A DNA stretch of 64,000 bases from an uncultured bacterium (GTDB lineage: Bacteria; Patescibacteriota; Microgenomatia; Levybacterales; UBA12049), in the NCBI GenBank assembly GCA_963826535.1, contig CAWGXL010000011.1, forward strand, positions 809 through 64,808. Reading direction: 5' to 3'. A program made the translations under genes and the position numbers. The number at the start of each line of letters is the position of its first letter. Position 1 is the first letter of the stretch. Positions 40,445 through 50,343 of the stretch are shown in pieces. The notes under the pieces were generated by a model. That model did no database searches and was not told where the DNA came from. It saw only the letters and a program-made list of their open reading frames with translations.

Positions 40445-42946
40445 ATGCCCGCAAAAATTAATCTTCGTGATAGTTACAGTAATATTGAAGCCGAGGAAGT
40501 ACTTCAAGAACTACAAACAAATAGTGTCTCTGGACTGAATAATATTCAAATTAGTGAAAGACTAAAACAATTTGGTTTTAATCAATTACGTACAAACAAG
40601 CTCACACCTTTTACATTAATATATCGTCAACTTACCGGCAATCCGCTTTTACTTATTCTTGCTGCGGCAACACTTATCTCTTTTCTTCTTGGAGACCGGA
40701 CAACTTCTTATTATATTTTTGGAATAATATTAATAAGTATTTTTCTTGGTTTCTGGAATGAATATTCTGCGGAAAAAACAGTTGAAGGACTCTTGAAAAA
40801 AATTGCTCCATTGGCTCTTGTTATTCGAAATGCGGAAAAACAGGAAGTTCCAGCTTCCCACTTAACAATCGGCGATATTGTTTTTTTATCCCAAGGGAGT
40901 ATTATACCGGCCGATGTGCGTTTTCTTGAAACTAACAGTCTTGAGGTAAATGAATCTACTTTGACAGGTGAATCTAAAACAGTATTTAAAGAAAGCGGCG
41001 ACCATATGAAGAACATTGGTTATATGGGAACCAGCGTTGACAGCGGATCAGGAAAAGGAGTCGTCATCCAAATCGGTAAAGAGACTCAATTTGGCAAGAT
41101 CGCAAAAAGTGCAACGTTTATTAGGCCTGTCACTGAGTTTCAAAAAGGCTTATCCCGTTTGGGAACGCTGATAATAAAATTTGTACTCATATTAACTATA
41201 TTAATTTTTCTTATCAATGCACTCTTACAACACGATATTCTCGATTCAATTCTTTTTTCGCTGGCAATTGCCGTGGGTATAACGCCTGAGCTTTTGCCTG
41301 TTATTGTGACAGTCAGTTTGTCGCATGGAGCCGGAAAACTGGCTAAAAAACATGTCGTTGTAAAGCGGCTACTTTCTTTAGAAAGTTTGGGAAATATAGA
41401 TGTTTTATGTACCGATAAAACCGGGACTTTGACTGAGGGCAAAATTGATGTGGTTGATTATATTAATTTAGAAAATAAAAAGGATATTCAAGTACTTACC
41501 GCATCACTCTATTGCAACATGGGCATTGTGCATAAGAAAATAACAGGCAACGCAATTGACGTGGCGCTTTGGACACATGCACTTAAGGAGAAATTATATA
41601 TCAACGCTGAGCTGAAAAAAGTTTATGAAGAAGAATTTGATTATAACCGCAAGTTGAATTTTGCTGTTGTAAAAAATAATAAAGAAACCGTACTTTTCGC
41701 AAAAGGCGCACCAGAAGCAATAATACCGCAATGCACAAATATTAAGAACAATGTAACGCTTGAAAAAAAGCTTGATGCACTCCGTCTGACGGGTTTGAGA
41801 ATTATTGCTGTAGCAAAAAAACACATAGAAGCAAAAAAAACCTACTCCTTCGATGATGCGGATAAATTAGAATATCTAGGGTATATTACGTTTCTGGATA
41901 TTCCGAAAAAATCCGCGCAGGTTGCATTGACACAGCTTAAAAATCTGAATGTAATGGTAAAAGTAATTACAGGAGACAATGAAATTGTAACCAAAAAAAT
42001 TTGCCAGGAAGTAGGTATGGATGTAAAACGCGTACTGACCGGTCCTCAAATTGAGAAATTGTCTGATCCTGAGCTAAAACACATTGTTAATACCGTTGAT
42101 ATTTTCGCCAGGGTGTTGCCGCTGCAAAAGCTGAAAATAATAAAAGCTTTGCAGGAAGCAGGCCATACTGTGGGATATCTGGGAGATGGGATAAACGATC
42201 TGCCGGCATTACATAATGCGGATGTCGGTATATCTGTGAATACTGCTGTTGATGTGGCGAAAGAAGCTGCTTCAGTCGTACTGCTTCGCAAAGGTATTGA
42301 CGTAATTGATGATGGGATTCGGGAGGGTAGACGCACCTTTAGTAATACTATTAAATATATTATAATTACCGCCAGCTCAAACTTTGGTAATATGTTCTCT
42401 GCCGCCGGGGCTTCTTTTTTCTTACCTTTTCTGCCAATGACACCTGTTCAGATACTTTTAACAAACGCGCTTTATGATGTAGCGCAACTGTCAATTCCAA
42501 CAGATAATGTTGACCATGCATCGCTGGTAAAACCCAGACATTGGAATATTGATTTCATTAAAAATTATATGCTATTTTTCGGTCCCTTAAGCTCTGTTTT
42601 TGATTTTTTGACATTTAGTATTTTAATTCTTGTTTTTCATGCAGAGGGACCACTTTTCCAAGCAGGCTGGTTTATTGAATCCTTGGCTACACAAGTACTT
42701 ATAGTCTTTGTGATAAGAACATCTAAAAGGCCTTTTTATAAAAGCCGGCCTAGCATTTGGCTAGTAATTGCATCGCTGGGAATTGTACTAACTGCCATAT
42801 TAATTCCATTTACTCCGCTTGCCGGTCCGCTGCAATTTTTGGCGCCTCCACCATTATATTTTGTATTCCTTATTATTATAATTGTTTCATATCTCTTTTT
42901 AATCGAATACATGAAGGGAGTATTTTTGAAGAAGTTCAATTTATAA
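40445..42946 (+). CDS. P2-type cation-transporting P-type ATPase (Ca2+/Mg2+-type).
   Basis: TGES, DKTGTLT, ITGDN and GDGINDLPAL motifs. About 10 TM segments. 833 aa. Confidence 0.9.
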   Translation: MPAKINLRDSYSNIEAEEVLQELQTNSVSGLNNIQISERLKQFGFNQLRTNKLTPFTLIYRQLTGNPLLLILAAATLISFLLGDRTTSYYIFGIILISIFLGFWNEYSAEKTVEGLLKKIAPLALVIRNAEKQEVPASHLTIGDIVFLSQGSIIPADVRFLETNSLEVNESTLTGESKTVFKESGDHMKNIGYMGTSVDSGSGKGVVIQIGKETQFGKIAKSATFIRPVTEFQKGLSRLGTLIIKFVLILTILIFLINALLQHDILDSILFSLAIAVGITPELLPVIVTVSLSHGAGKLAKKHVVVKRLLSLESLGNIDVLCTDKTGTLTEGKIDVVDYINLENKKDIQVLTASLYCNMGIVHKKITGNAIDVALWTHALKEKLYINAELKKVYEEEFDYNRKLNFAVVKNNKETVLFAKGAPEAIIPQCTNIKNNVTLEKKLDALRLTGLRIIAVAKKHIEAKKTYSFDDADKLEYLGYITFLDIPKKSAQVALTQLKNLNVMVKVITGDNEIVTKKICQEVGMDVKRVLTGPQIEKLSDPELKHIVNTVDIFARVLPLQKLKIIKALQEAGHTVGYLGDGINDLPALHNADVGISVNTAVDVAKEAASVVLLRKGIDVIDDGIREGRRTFSNTIKYIIITASSNFGNMFSAAGASFFLPFLPMTPVQILLTNALYDVAQLSIPTDNVDHASLVKPRHWNIDFIKNYMLFFGPLSSVFDFLTFSILILVFHAEGPLFQAGWFIESLATQVLIVFVIRTSKRPFYKSRPSIWLVIASLGIVLTAILIPFTPLAGPLQFLAPPPLYFVFLIIIIVSYLFLIEYMKGVFLKKFNL

Positions 42947-42973
42947 AATTTTCATATTGCAAATAGATAGTAA

Positions 42974-43252
42974 GTGCTATATACTGCGACTATGGAAACA
43001 AAGATTTTAAATTATCGGATTATTCTTAAGAAAGAAAAGGAAACAAGGAAGACCATATTTCTTGCAGAATGTCCCACATTGGGAATATATGACTGGGGAG
43101 ATACTCTTGATCTGGCTCTCTCACATATCAAAGAAGCAATAGAATGTCATGTTGCATCCTTACTAAAAGATGGTGAGGAAATACCGGTTGATTATCCTGA
43201 TAAAGAATTTGTGACAGAAACAAAAATTATTGTACCAACTCTTCTTCCCTAA
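42974..43252 (+). CDS. hicB: HicB-family (UPF0150) antitoxin.
   Basis: 92 aa with RNase-H-like fold signature (YRIILKKEKE...FLAECPTLG...GDTLDLALSHIKEAIE). Confidence 0.65.
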   Translation: MLYTATMETKILNYRIILKKEKETRKTIFLAECPTLGIYDWGDTLDLALSHIKEAIECHVASLLKDGEEIPVDYPDKEFVTETKIIVPTLLP

Positions 43253-43263
43253 GCTCTTAATTC

Positions 43264-43488
43264 ATGAGCGTTCTTGCAAATATCAAAGTAAAAGATATGG
43301 AGCGTATATTGCTAAGCAAAGGGTTTCAGCCTCATGCATCAAAAGGGAGTCATAAAACATTCAAGCACCTAGATGGTAGAAGAACGACACTTGCCTATCA
43401 TCCGGGAAATATCCCCAAACCAATTGTTGCAAAGATACTTAAACAATCCGGTATAACAAGAGATGAACTTCAAAAATATCGTAGATAA
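43264..43488 (+). CDS. hicA: HicA-family mRNA interferase toxin.
   Basis: 74 aa. ...GFQPHASKGSHKTFKH...PKPIVAKILKQSGI HicA/YcfA motif. Confidence 0.7.
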   Translation: MSVLANIKVKDMERILLSKGFQPHASKGSHKTFKHLDGRRTTLAYHPGNIPKPIVAKILKQSGITRDELQKYRR

Positions 43489-43548
43489 ATAAAATTCCGA
43501 GATTAATTTGTATGTGCCCTTTGAAGACAGTAGATTTAACAAAATAAT

Positions 43549-44457
43549 ATGACATTTCTTGAAAAATATGAACTGCTGAAAAAATCTATACCTGTTCCGG
43601 CTGTGACGATTCCAGGTACAGTTGAAAGTGAATATGTGGAATATTGCTATAGATGCAAAAATTGTTTTTACTGCATTGATGGATTCACGCCACTTATAGA
43701 TAGTATATATTCAAACTTTGCACGGGGTAATAAGCTTGTGGATTGTACTAATGTGACAGAATCGGAAAAGTGTTATCTATGCTTTGATTGTACAAAGTGC
43801 TATAGCTCTACTTATCTAATGGATTGTAATAACTCTACCGATTGTCATTTCTCAGCATTTTTAAATTCTTGTAATGATTGTTTTGGTTGTGTGGGTTTAA
43901 CTCAAAAAAAATATTGTATTTTTAATAAACAATATACAAAAGAAGAATACCTAAAAAAAGTAGAAGAATTAAAAAAAGGAAAGCCTGAAATGATCCTCGA
44001 GCAAATGATTGAATTAAAAAAACAGATACCGCATCCCGCAAGTCAACAATTTAATAATGAGAATTGTCCGTTTGGTGATTATATATATAATTCCAAGAAC
44101 TCCTACTGGTGCTTTATTGCAACATATAGTGAGAATTCAGGTTATTGTTATCAAGTTAGTCGAGTAAGGAACAGTTGGGATGCATTTTACTCCGGCGGTA
44201 ATGCAGAAAAAAAAACTACTACCGAGCGATGTTATGAAATTGTAAATTTAACGGGCTGTTACGAATGTGCTTTTGTATATAATTGTGAAGACTGTACAAA
44301 TTGTTACTACGGGGCAGATCTTTTAAACTGTTCCGATTGTTTTGGCTGCGTTGGAATATTAAAGAAGAAATATTGTATATTAAATAATCAATTTACAAAA
44401 GAGCAATATGAAAAAGCCGTTAAGAGCATCAAAAAAGAGCTTGGGTGGAAAATTTAG
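43549..44457 (+). CDS. Cys-rich tandem-repeat protein of unknown family (paralog B).
   Basis: 302 aa. N-terminus MTFLEKYELLKKSIPVPAVTI is near-identical to paralog A. Same CxxC ladder and C-terminal DCFGCVG..KKYCILNNQFTKEQYEKAVK motif. Confidence 0.6.
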   Translation: MTFLEKYELLKKSIPVPAVTIPGTVESEYVEYCYRCKNCFYCIDGFTPLIDSIYSNFARGNKLVDCTNVTESEKCYLCFDCTKCYSSTYLMDCNNSTDCHFSAFLNSCNDCFGCVGLTQKKYCIFNKQYTKEEYLKKVEELKKGKPEMILEQMIELKKQIPHPASQQFNNENCPFGDYIYNSKNSYWCFIATYSENSGYCYQVSRVRNSWDAFYSGGNAEKKTTTERCYEIVNLTGCYECAFVYNCEDCTNCYYGADLLNCSDCFGCVGILKKKYCILNNQFTKEQYEKAVKSIKKELGWKI

Positions 44458-44494
44458 GTAGAGCAGGATTTGATAAATGAAAAAATGAAACCCA

Positions 44495-44812
44495 TTACCT
44501 ATTCCGCAATGCTATTAAAAAACTGCCAAGTAGATATAGAAGCAAAGCTTGCCAGAAAAGGATTGATAAAAGAGTTGTGCTTAGAAAAATCACGACAATT
44601 TCCCGCTTAAAGCCTTGAGGAGAAACAAACAAGGCAGCAATTCTTCCGACAATAAATAAAATGGCAAGACCCATGACCGGAGAAAATACAACTGGTAATA
44701 AAATAGGACGGCGTACCATACCTTTTACATATTTAGAGGGATAGAATGTCAAGCCAATTAATGTTTTTGTCCAGATATAGGCAACAAAAATAAAAAAAGT
44801 GTGCTTCTTCAT
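44495..44812 (-). CDS. Small membrane protein, possibly part of an anti-sigma module.
   Basis: 105 aa with three hydrophobic segments. Start overlaps the upstream gene by 4 nt. Confidence 0.3.
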   Translation of the reverse strand: MKKHTFFIFVAYIWTKTLIGLTFYPSKYVKGMVRRPILLPVVFSPVMGLAILFIVGRIAALFVSPQGFKREIVVIFLSTTLLSILFWQALLLYLLGSFLIALRNR

Positions 44813-45039
44813 TTTGGTCCGCCGAAAATTCTTAATATTAAATTATCATAAGGCGTACCGATAAATCCGTGAAAGATAAATGAAAATATGAAAGCCAGCG
44901 GGATAAGTATTCTCCACGGATGATTACCAAGCCAAATAGTTACAGTTTTGAATACGCGGGGGAAAACCATATCATTCAAAACCTTTTCTTGATCTTTGGC
45001 TCTTTTCTGAAGCTGCAATAAAAATTCACGCTCGTTCAT
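44809..45039 (-). CDS. Small single-pass membrane protein. Candidate anti-sigma factor.
   Basis: 76 aa with one TM. Overlaps the stop of the ECF sigma gene. Confidence 0.35.
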   Translation of the reverse strand: MNEREFLLQLQKRAKDQEKVLNDMVFPRVFKTVTIWLGNHPWRILIPLAFIFSFIFHGFIGTPYDNLILRIFGGPK

Positions 45040-45559
45040 AAGCTATTTGAAAACGCCGGCGGGCTCGGAAAAGTAGAGATTCGGTTGCTTTAAAAGACAG
45101 GTTGAATATAGGTGCCAATTCCTTTACGGGTATTTTGTCTTCGTAATGAAGGTGTAGAATTTTTTGATACTGAAGCGAAATTTCCAGAAATGCTTTTTCA
45201 ATTTTATCACGGATTTTGTCTTTCTCAAATTGAAACTCCGGCTGTTGAATTTCAGCGGCGATAATTTCCAAAAACGGCGCCTGAGATAAAAGAACGGATT
45301 TTATTTTTCTCTTTCTGTAAAAGTCAGCGACTTTATTGTGGGCAATTTTAAAAAGCCAAGTAGTTACACTACTTTTTTCCTGAAATAGATGCAACTCGTC
45401 AATAGCTGCGAAAAATATATCATTTAAGACTTCTTCAGCGTCTTCTTTGCATGGAAGTTTTCTACGTAAAAACGAAAGTAATTTCGGAGAATTAATTTTA
45501 TAAAACGCGACCACCGCATCACTATCTCCCTGCAATATCCTGTCTAATATACTAGTCAT
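45026..45559 (-). CDS. ECF-type RNA polymerase sigma factor (sigma-70 family).
   Basis: Region 2 (EEVLNDIFFAAIDELHLFQEKSSVTTWLFKIAHNKVADFYRKRK) and region 4 (IPVKELAPIFNLSFKATESLLFRARRRF). Confidence 0.75.
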   Translation of the reverse strand: MTSILDRILQGDSDAVVAFYKINSPKLLSFLRRKLPCKEDAEEVLNDIFFAAIDELHLFQEKSSVTTWLFKIAHNKVADFYRKRKIKSVLLSQAPFLEIIAAEIQQPEFQFEKDKIRDKIEKAFLEISLQYQKILHLHYEDKIPVKELAPIFNLSFKATESLLFRARRRFQIAYERA

Positions 45560-45630
45560 GATTGTATTGTAGCATATATTACTAAACGAATGATTTTGCA
45601 GAGTTTAACGACTATATATTATATAAGCGT

Positions 45631-46788
45631 ATGAATTTACGTAATTTTGTTGATGTTAGTTCAAGACGAGCCGCACTGGAAGAAAATTTGGGCATAGAAC
45701 TTTCCAATATTGGTAAATATACATTAGACGCGCAACAAGCTTCCACAAAAAATTGCGAAAATATGATTGGCATAGCACAGGTTCCGCTTGGTATTGCCGG
45801 GCCACTACAATTAACAAGTAATTTGCAAAAAAGAGAATATTTTCTCCCTTTGGCCACGACAGAAGGAGCTTTAATTGCATCTGTTAATCGGGGATGCAGT
45901 GCTATTGCTCAGGCTGGGGGGGTAAATGTGATAAGCGAGAAAATTGGCATGACCCGGGCGCCTGTTTTTGTGGTTGAAACTATTACTCAAGGCAAGGCGT
46001 TTATTCACTGGATTGAAAATAATTTTGCCAAGATTAAAGAAATTACAGAGTCTACTTCAGATCACTTGGAGCTTCTCAAAATTACCCCTCACTTGATGGG
46101 CAGAAATGTTTATTTGCGTTTTCATTTTGATACTCAGGATGCAATGGGTATGAATATGGCAACAATCGCAGTTGCTAAAGCAGTCCCATTTATAGAAGAG
46201 CAAACTTCTGCGCGTTGTGTGGCTATATCCGGAAATATGTGTGTTGATAAAAAGCCAAATTATCTTAATTTCATTGAAGGCAGGGGGTATAAAGTATGGG
46301 CCGAGACGGTATTGCCGGACGATATAGTGGCAACTGTTTTAAAAACTAAAATAGAAAAAATTATTGAAGTGGCTCAAAGAAAATTACTGTATGGATCTAT
46401 AATGGCAGGTAGTATTGGAGCAAACGCTCATTTTGCCAATATACTTGCAGCTCTTTTTATAGCGACCGGTCAGGATGTGGCACATGTAAGCGAGTGCTCG
46501 ATGGGAGTGACAACTTTTGAAAAAGTGGAAAATGGATTATATATGTCAGTGTATCTGCCGGATTTAGTTGTCGGGACTGTGGGAGGAGGAACACAGCTTG
46601 CTACTCAAAAAGAAGCGTTGAGTATAATGGGATTGAATCCTAAAAAAGAAAAAAATACAGGACGGAAACTTGCCGAGTTAACTGCAGGAGCTGTGATGGC
46701 TGGAGAATTATCGCTCATGGCATCTTTGGCTGCAAATACAGTAGCCCGCGCACACCTGAAATATGCAAGAGGAGTTCAAGAGGCTTAA
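45631..46788 (+). CDS. hmgA: Class I-type HMG-CoA reductase, soluble short form.
   Basis: ATTEGALIASVNRGCSAI and FDTQDAMGMNM class I signatures. 385 aa. Confidence 0.9.
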   Translation: MNLRNFVDVSSRRAALEENLGIELSNIGKYTLDAQQASTKNCENMIGIAQVPLGIAGPLQLTSNLQKREYFLPLATTEGALIASVNRGCSAIAQAGGVNVISEKIGMTRAPVFVVETITQGKAFIHWIENNFAKIKEITESTSDHLELLKITPHLMGRNVYLRFHFDTQDAMGMNMATIAVAKAVPFIEEQTSARCVAISGNMCVDKKPNYLNFIEGRGYKVWAETVLPDDIVATVLKTKIEKIIEVAQRKLLYGSIMAGSIGANAHFANILAALFIATGQDVAHVSECSMGVTTFEKVENGLYMSVYLPDLVVGTVGGGTQLATQKEALSIMGLNPKKEKNTGRKLAELTAGAVMAGELSLMASLAANTVARAHLKYARGVQEA

Positions 46789-46791
46789 ATT

Positions 46792-47829
46792 ATGAGTGGA
46801 ATTGTTGGATACGGCGTATACATACCAATTTATAGGATTAAAGTATCAGAAATTGCTGATGTCTGGAAAAAGAATCCGGCTGAGGTAACTGAGGGTTTAC
46901 GGGTTAGTGAAAAAGCTGTGCCGGCATTTGATGAGGATGCAGTATCTATGGGAGTTGAAGCTGGAAAAGCTGCATTACATATGGCTGGCATATCGGAAAA
47001 AGAGATTGGTAGTGTATACGTTGGCTCAGAGAGTCATCCCTACGCAGTAAATCCAACATCAACAACAGTTGCAGAATACTTGGGAGTTGGCAATGACTAT
47101 TTTGCAGCTGATCTGGAATTTGCGTGCAAAGCTGCAACTGCGGGAATGCAAATTACGCTTGGACTTTTGGACAGCAATAAAATTCCTTACGGGCTAGTAA
47201 TCGGCAGCGATACTGCACAGAGTAAACCCAGAGACGCGTTGGAATATACAGCCGCAAGTGCTTCTGTTGCCTATATTTTAGGAAATAAAAATGCGGATTT
47301 AATTGCGGAAGTTCTGGCAACATCTTCTTTCTCTTCAGATACTGCGGACTTTTGGAGACGCGACGGACAGAAGTATCCGTCACATTTTGGTAGATTTTCC
47401 GGTGAGCCGGCATATTTCAATCATGTGATCAGTGAGGGCAGAAAATTGCTGGAGAAAAGCGGAATGAAACCCAATGATTTTGCGTATTGCGTATTCCACA
47501 TGCCGAACGGTAAATTCCCAAGAATAGCAGCTAAGAAATTAGGATTTACGTCCGAACAACTAGAGCCTTCGCTTATGGTGGACACAATCGGTAATCCCTA
47601 CACTGCATCCTCGCTTTTAGGACTGGCTGCAGTTCTTGATCAAGCCCGTGCAGGACAAAAAATATTTTTTGTTTCGTATGGTTCAGGTGCAGGCTCAGAC
47701 GGGTTTATTTTTCAAACAACTAAAAAATTAAGCGAAAAACAAAAAATTACTACGCCTGTCAGACAGCGAAATGAAAAGAAAATTTATATTTCGTATCCCG
47801 AATATTTAAAACATATGCACATTATATGA
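46792..47829 (+). CDS. HMG-CoA synthase (archaeal/bacterial type).
   Basis: MSGIVGYGVYIPIYRI...DEDAVSMGVEA.... 345 aa thiolase-fold condensing enzyme. Adjacent to thiolase and DUF35. Confidence 0.85.
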   Translation: MSGIVGYGVYIPIYRIKVSEIADVWKKNPAEVTEGLRVSEKAVPAFDEDAVSMGVEAGKAALHMAGISEKEIGSVYVGSESHPYAVNPTSTTVAEYLGVGNDYFAADLEFACKAATAGMQITLGLLDSNKIPYGLVIGSDTAQSKPRDALEYTAASASVAYILGNKNADLIAEVLATSSFSSDTADFWRRDGQKYPSHFGRFSGEPAYFNHVISEGRKLLEKSGMKPNDFAYCVFHMPNGKFPRIAAKKLGFTSEQLEPSLMVDTIGNPYTASSLLGLAAVLDQARAGQKIFFVSYGSGAGSDGFIFQTTKKLSEKQKITTPVRQRNEKKIYISYPEYLKHMHII

Positions 47830-48980
47830 AAATTTCTGTACTTGGCGCGTCGACAACAAAATTTGGTGAACTGTGGAATACTTCACCGCGAGCACTTGCC
47901 CGGGAGGTTTTTTCTCAAGCACTAGCAGCATCAAATTTGAAACCAACAAACATTGATGCATTATTTGTGGGCAATATGCTCTCGTGTGTTTTAGGAAACC
48001 AGGCAAATTTAGGATCGTTGTTTGCTGAAGAATTGGGGGTTTTTGTACCCGCATTCAGACTTGAGGGAGCCTGCGCATCCGGAGGACTAGCCCTGCATAA
48101 TGCTATAAATAGTGTACTCGCAGGACAATATAGGACAGTTCTTGTATTGGGAATCGAAAAAATGACTGACCATACACAGGACGAGATAACAAGTGCGTTA
48201 ATGGCTGCCGGTTCTGATGAAGAAAGGGTGGCAGGAGTTACATTCCCAGGTCTCTATGCGCTGATGGCAAGAGCATATATGCAGGAATATCATATTGGCG
48301 AAGAGCTATTGGCTTCTGTATCGGTAAAAAATCATTATCACGGGAGCCTTAATCCAAAAGCACAATTTCCATCTCCAATTACTATTGAGGCTGTAATGAA
48401 GAGCGGGAAAATTGCCGATCCCATAAAACTTCTTGACTGCTCCCCTATCTCAGACGGGGCGTCGGCAATTATCATTACCGGAGATGAAAGTTTAAAAAAA
48501 CGTCAAACAAAACCCATACATATTACTGCAAGTGAAGTTGCAACTGATAGTCTGAGTATAACTGACCGCAAGTCATTTACCAGTTTAGCAAGCGTAGTTA
48601 ATGCCGCGAGCAAAGCATATAAAAAAACCGGTTTAAAACCTGTTGATATAGACGTTGCAGAAATACATGATTGCTTCTCAATAGCGGAAGTTATTGCCAC
48701 CGAAGATCTTGGGTTTTCGGATAGGGGAAAAGGCGCGGCTGATATTGCTGCCGGAAAGCATACATTAAATTTAGGAAAAGTTATCACCAATTCTTCCGGA
48801 GGGCTGAAAGCTTGCGGTCATCCGGTCGGAGCAACCGGTATAAAGCAAATCGTTGAGATAGTTGAACAGTTACGCGGAGAAGCAGGCAAAAGACAAGTAA
48901 AAAACGCGAGGATTGGTCTTACGCATAATGTCGGAGGTAGCGGAGCAATTGCTGTAATTCATATTTTACAATCATTATGA
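47826..48980 (+). CDS. Acetoacetyl-CoA thiolase (archaeal-type thiolase).
   Basis: ...EGACASGGLALHNA... active-site Cys region. C-terminal GHPVGATG. 384 aa. Confidence 0.85.
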   Translation: MKISVLGASTTKFGELWNTSPRALAREVFSQALAASNLKPTNIDALFVGNMLSCVLGNQANLGSLFAEELGVFVPAFRLEGACASGGLALHNAINSVLAGQYRTVLVLGIEKMTDHTQDEITSALMAAGSDEERVAGVTFPGLYALMARAYMQEYHIGEELLASVSVKNHYHGSLNPKAQFPSPITIEAVMKSGKIADPIKLLDCSPISDGASAIIITGDESLKKRQTKPIHITASEVATDSLSITDRKSFTSLASVVNAASKAYKKTGLKPVDIDVAEIHDCFSIAEVIATEDLGFSDRGKGAADIAAGKHTLNLGKVITNSSGGLKACGHPVGATGIKQIVEIVEQLRGEAGKRQVKNARIGLTHNVGGSGAIAVIHILQSL

Positions 48981-49276
48981 CAACACCAGTAAAGATACAC
49001 AGACGCCAAAAGGAAATAGCTGCAGCGATTGGCAGAAAGGGGAAAATCGTTGTCTGGACGATGATCAGAGTCGCGGCCAAAGCATTTAACGCACAGGCTC
49101 CGTACCCGGTGGTTATTGTAAAACTTGAAAATGGGGGGCAAGTTATTGGTCAATTGGTTGATTGGAAACAAGAAGAATTACAATCAGGACAAGATGTTAT
49201 TTCCGTACTAAGACGGTCCTGTATAGAAGATAATGAAAGCGTCATTAGCTATACTATTAAATTTAAACCAATATGA
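48977..49276 (+). CDS. DUF35 OB-fold protein (thiolase/HMGCS scaffold partner). Short form lacking the Zn ribbon.
   Basis: KIVVWTMIRVAAKAFNAQAPYPVVIVKLENGGQVIGQLVD matches the DUF35 OB-fold core. Position immediately after the thiolase gene. Confidence 0.55.
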   Translation: MTTPVKIHRRQKEIAAAIGRKGKIVVWTMIRVAAKAFNAQAPYPVVIVKLENGGQVIGQLVDWKQEELQSGQDVISVLRRSCIEDNESVISYTIKFKPI

Positions 49277-50343
49277 AAAAGATTCGTGTTTCTGCGCCTG
49301 GCAAGATAATTCTTTTGGGTGAACATGCAGTTGTTTATGGTAAACCTGCAATAATTGCCTCGGTTGCGAAGCGCTGTTTTATTACACTTACACCACGACA
49401 GGATAAAAAAATTGAAATTATTTCGGAAAATCTTAATGTTTCGGAAAAATTGGATGAGAAAAAAATAATTAAAAATATAGAAACAGCAAACAAAAATTGG
49501 CAGAGATATATAAAGACTAATGACGTTAATTTGTTAAAATCAATAACTGAAAAGCCACTGGCTTACGCAGAAATTGTTATCGGAGAAACGCTTAAATATT
49601 TTAATAAAAAATTATCATCTGGTTTTAAGCTATCTATAAATTCAGAGATTCCAATAGGGTCAGGAATGGGGTCATCGGCTGCTTTAGCTGTTTCAATCTC
49701 GGGATCTATATTGCTTTTTTTGGGCGAAAAATTTGATAAAGAGAAAATTAATGACATCGCATTTTTATCAGAACAAAAAAAACATGGGCTTCCTTCAGGC
49801 GGAGACAATAGCACATGTTGTTACGGAGGATTTGTTTGGTTCCGTAAAGAAACTCCCAATTTAAAAATTATCCAGCCCATTGCATTTAAGATAAGTCATA
49901 AGATTCAGAAAAGTTTTTTTACTGTTTTTACCGGAATACCAAATGAATCAACCGGGGAGATGGTCAGTATCCTTCGAACAATGTATCAGAAAAAACCAAA
50001 GATGTTTAATGCTATTTTTACTGACCAAGAATCACTAACCAGACAACTTCTTGATGCGTTAAAAAGTGATGACGAGGGGAAAATACTGAGCAGTATTAAG
50101 AATGGCCAAAAGAATTTGGAAAAGGTAGGCGCTGTCTCACCTATGGTAAAATCGCTTATAAATGAAATTGAGAAAAGAGAAGGGGTAGCAAAGATTTGCG
50201 GCGCTGGTGGAAGAACTAAAGGGACAGGAGTACTGCTTGTTTATCTTAAAAAAAGGAAAGAGGTAGAAACGTTGCTGCAGTCACGTAAATTTAATTTATT
50301 ACCAATTTCATTGGGGGCAGAAGGAGTGAGGGAAGAGCTATAA
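49273..50343 (+). CDS. mvk: Mevalonate kinase (GHMP kinase).
   Basis: N-terminal VSAPGKIILLGEHAVVYG. GHMP motif PIGSGMGSSAALAV. 356 aa. Confidence 0.8.
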   Translation: MKKIRVSAPGKIILLGEHAVVYGKPAIIASVAKRCFITLTPRQDKKIEIISENLNVSEKLDEKKIIKNIETANKNWQRYIKTNDVNLLKSITEKPLAYAEIVIGETLKYFNKKLSSGFKLSINSEIPIGSGMGSSAALAVSISGSILLFLGEKFDKEKINDIAFLSEQKKHGLPSGGDNSTCCYGGFVWFRKETPNLKIIQPIAFKISHKIQKSFFTVFTGIPNESTGEMVSILRTMYQKKPKMFNAIFTDQESLTRQLLDALKSDDEGKILSSIKNGQKNLEKVGAVSPMVKSLINEIEKREGVAKICGAGGRTKGTGVLLVYLKKRKEVETLLQSRKFNLLPISLGAEGVREEL

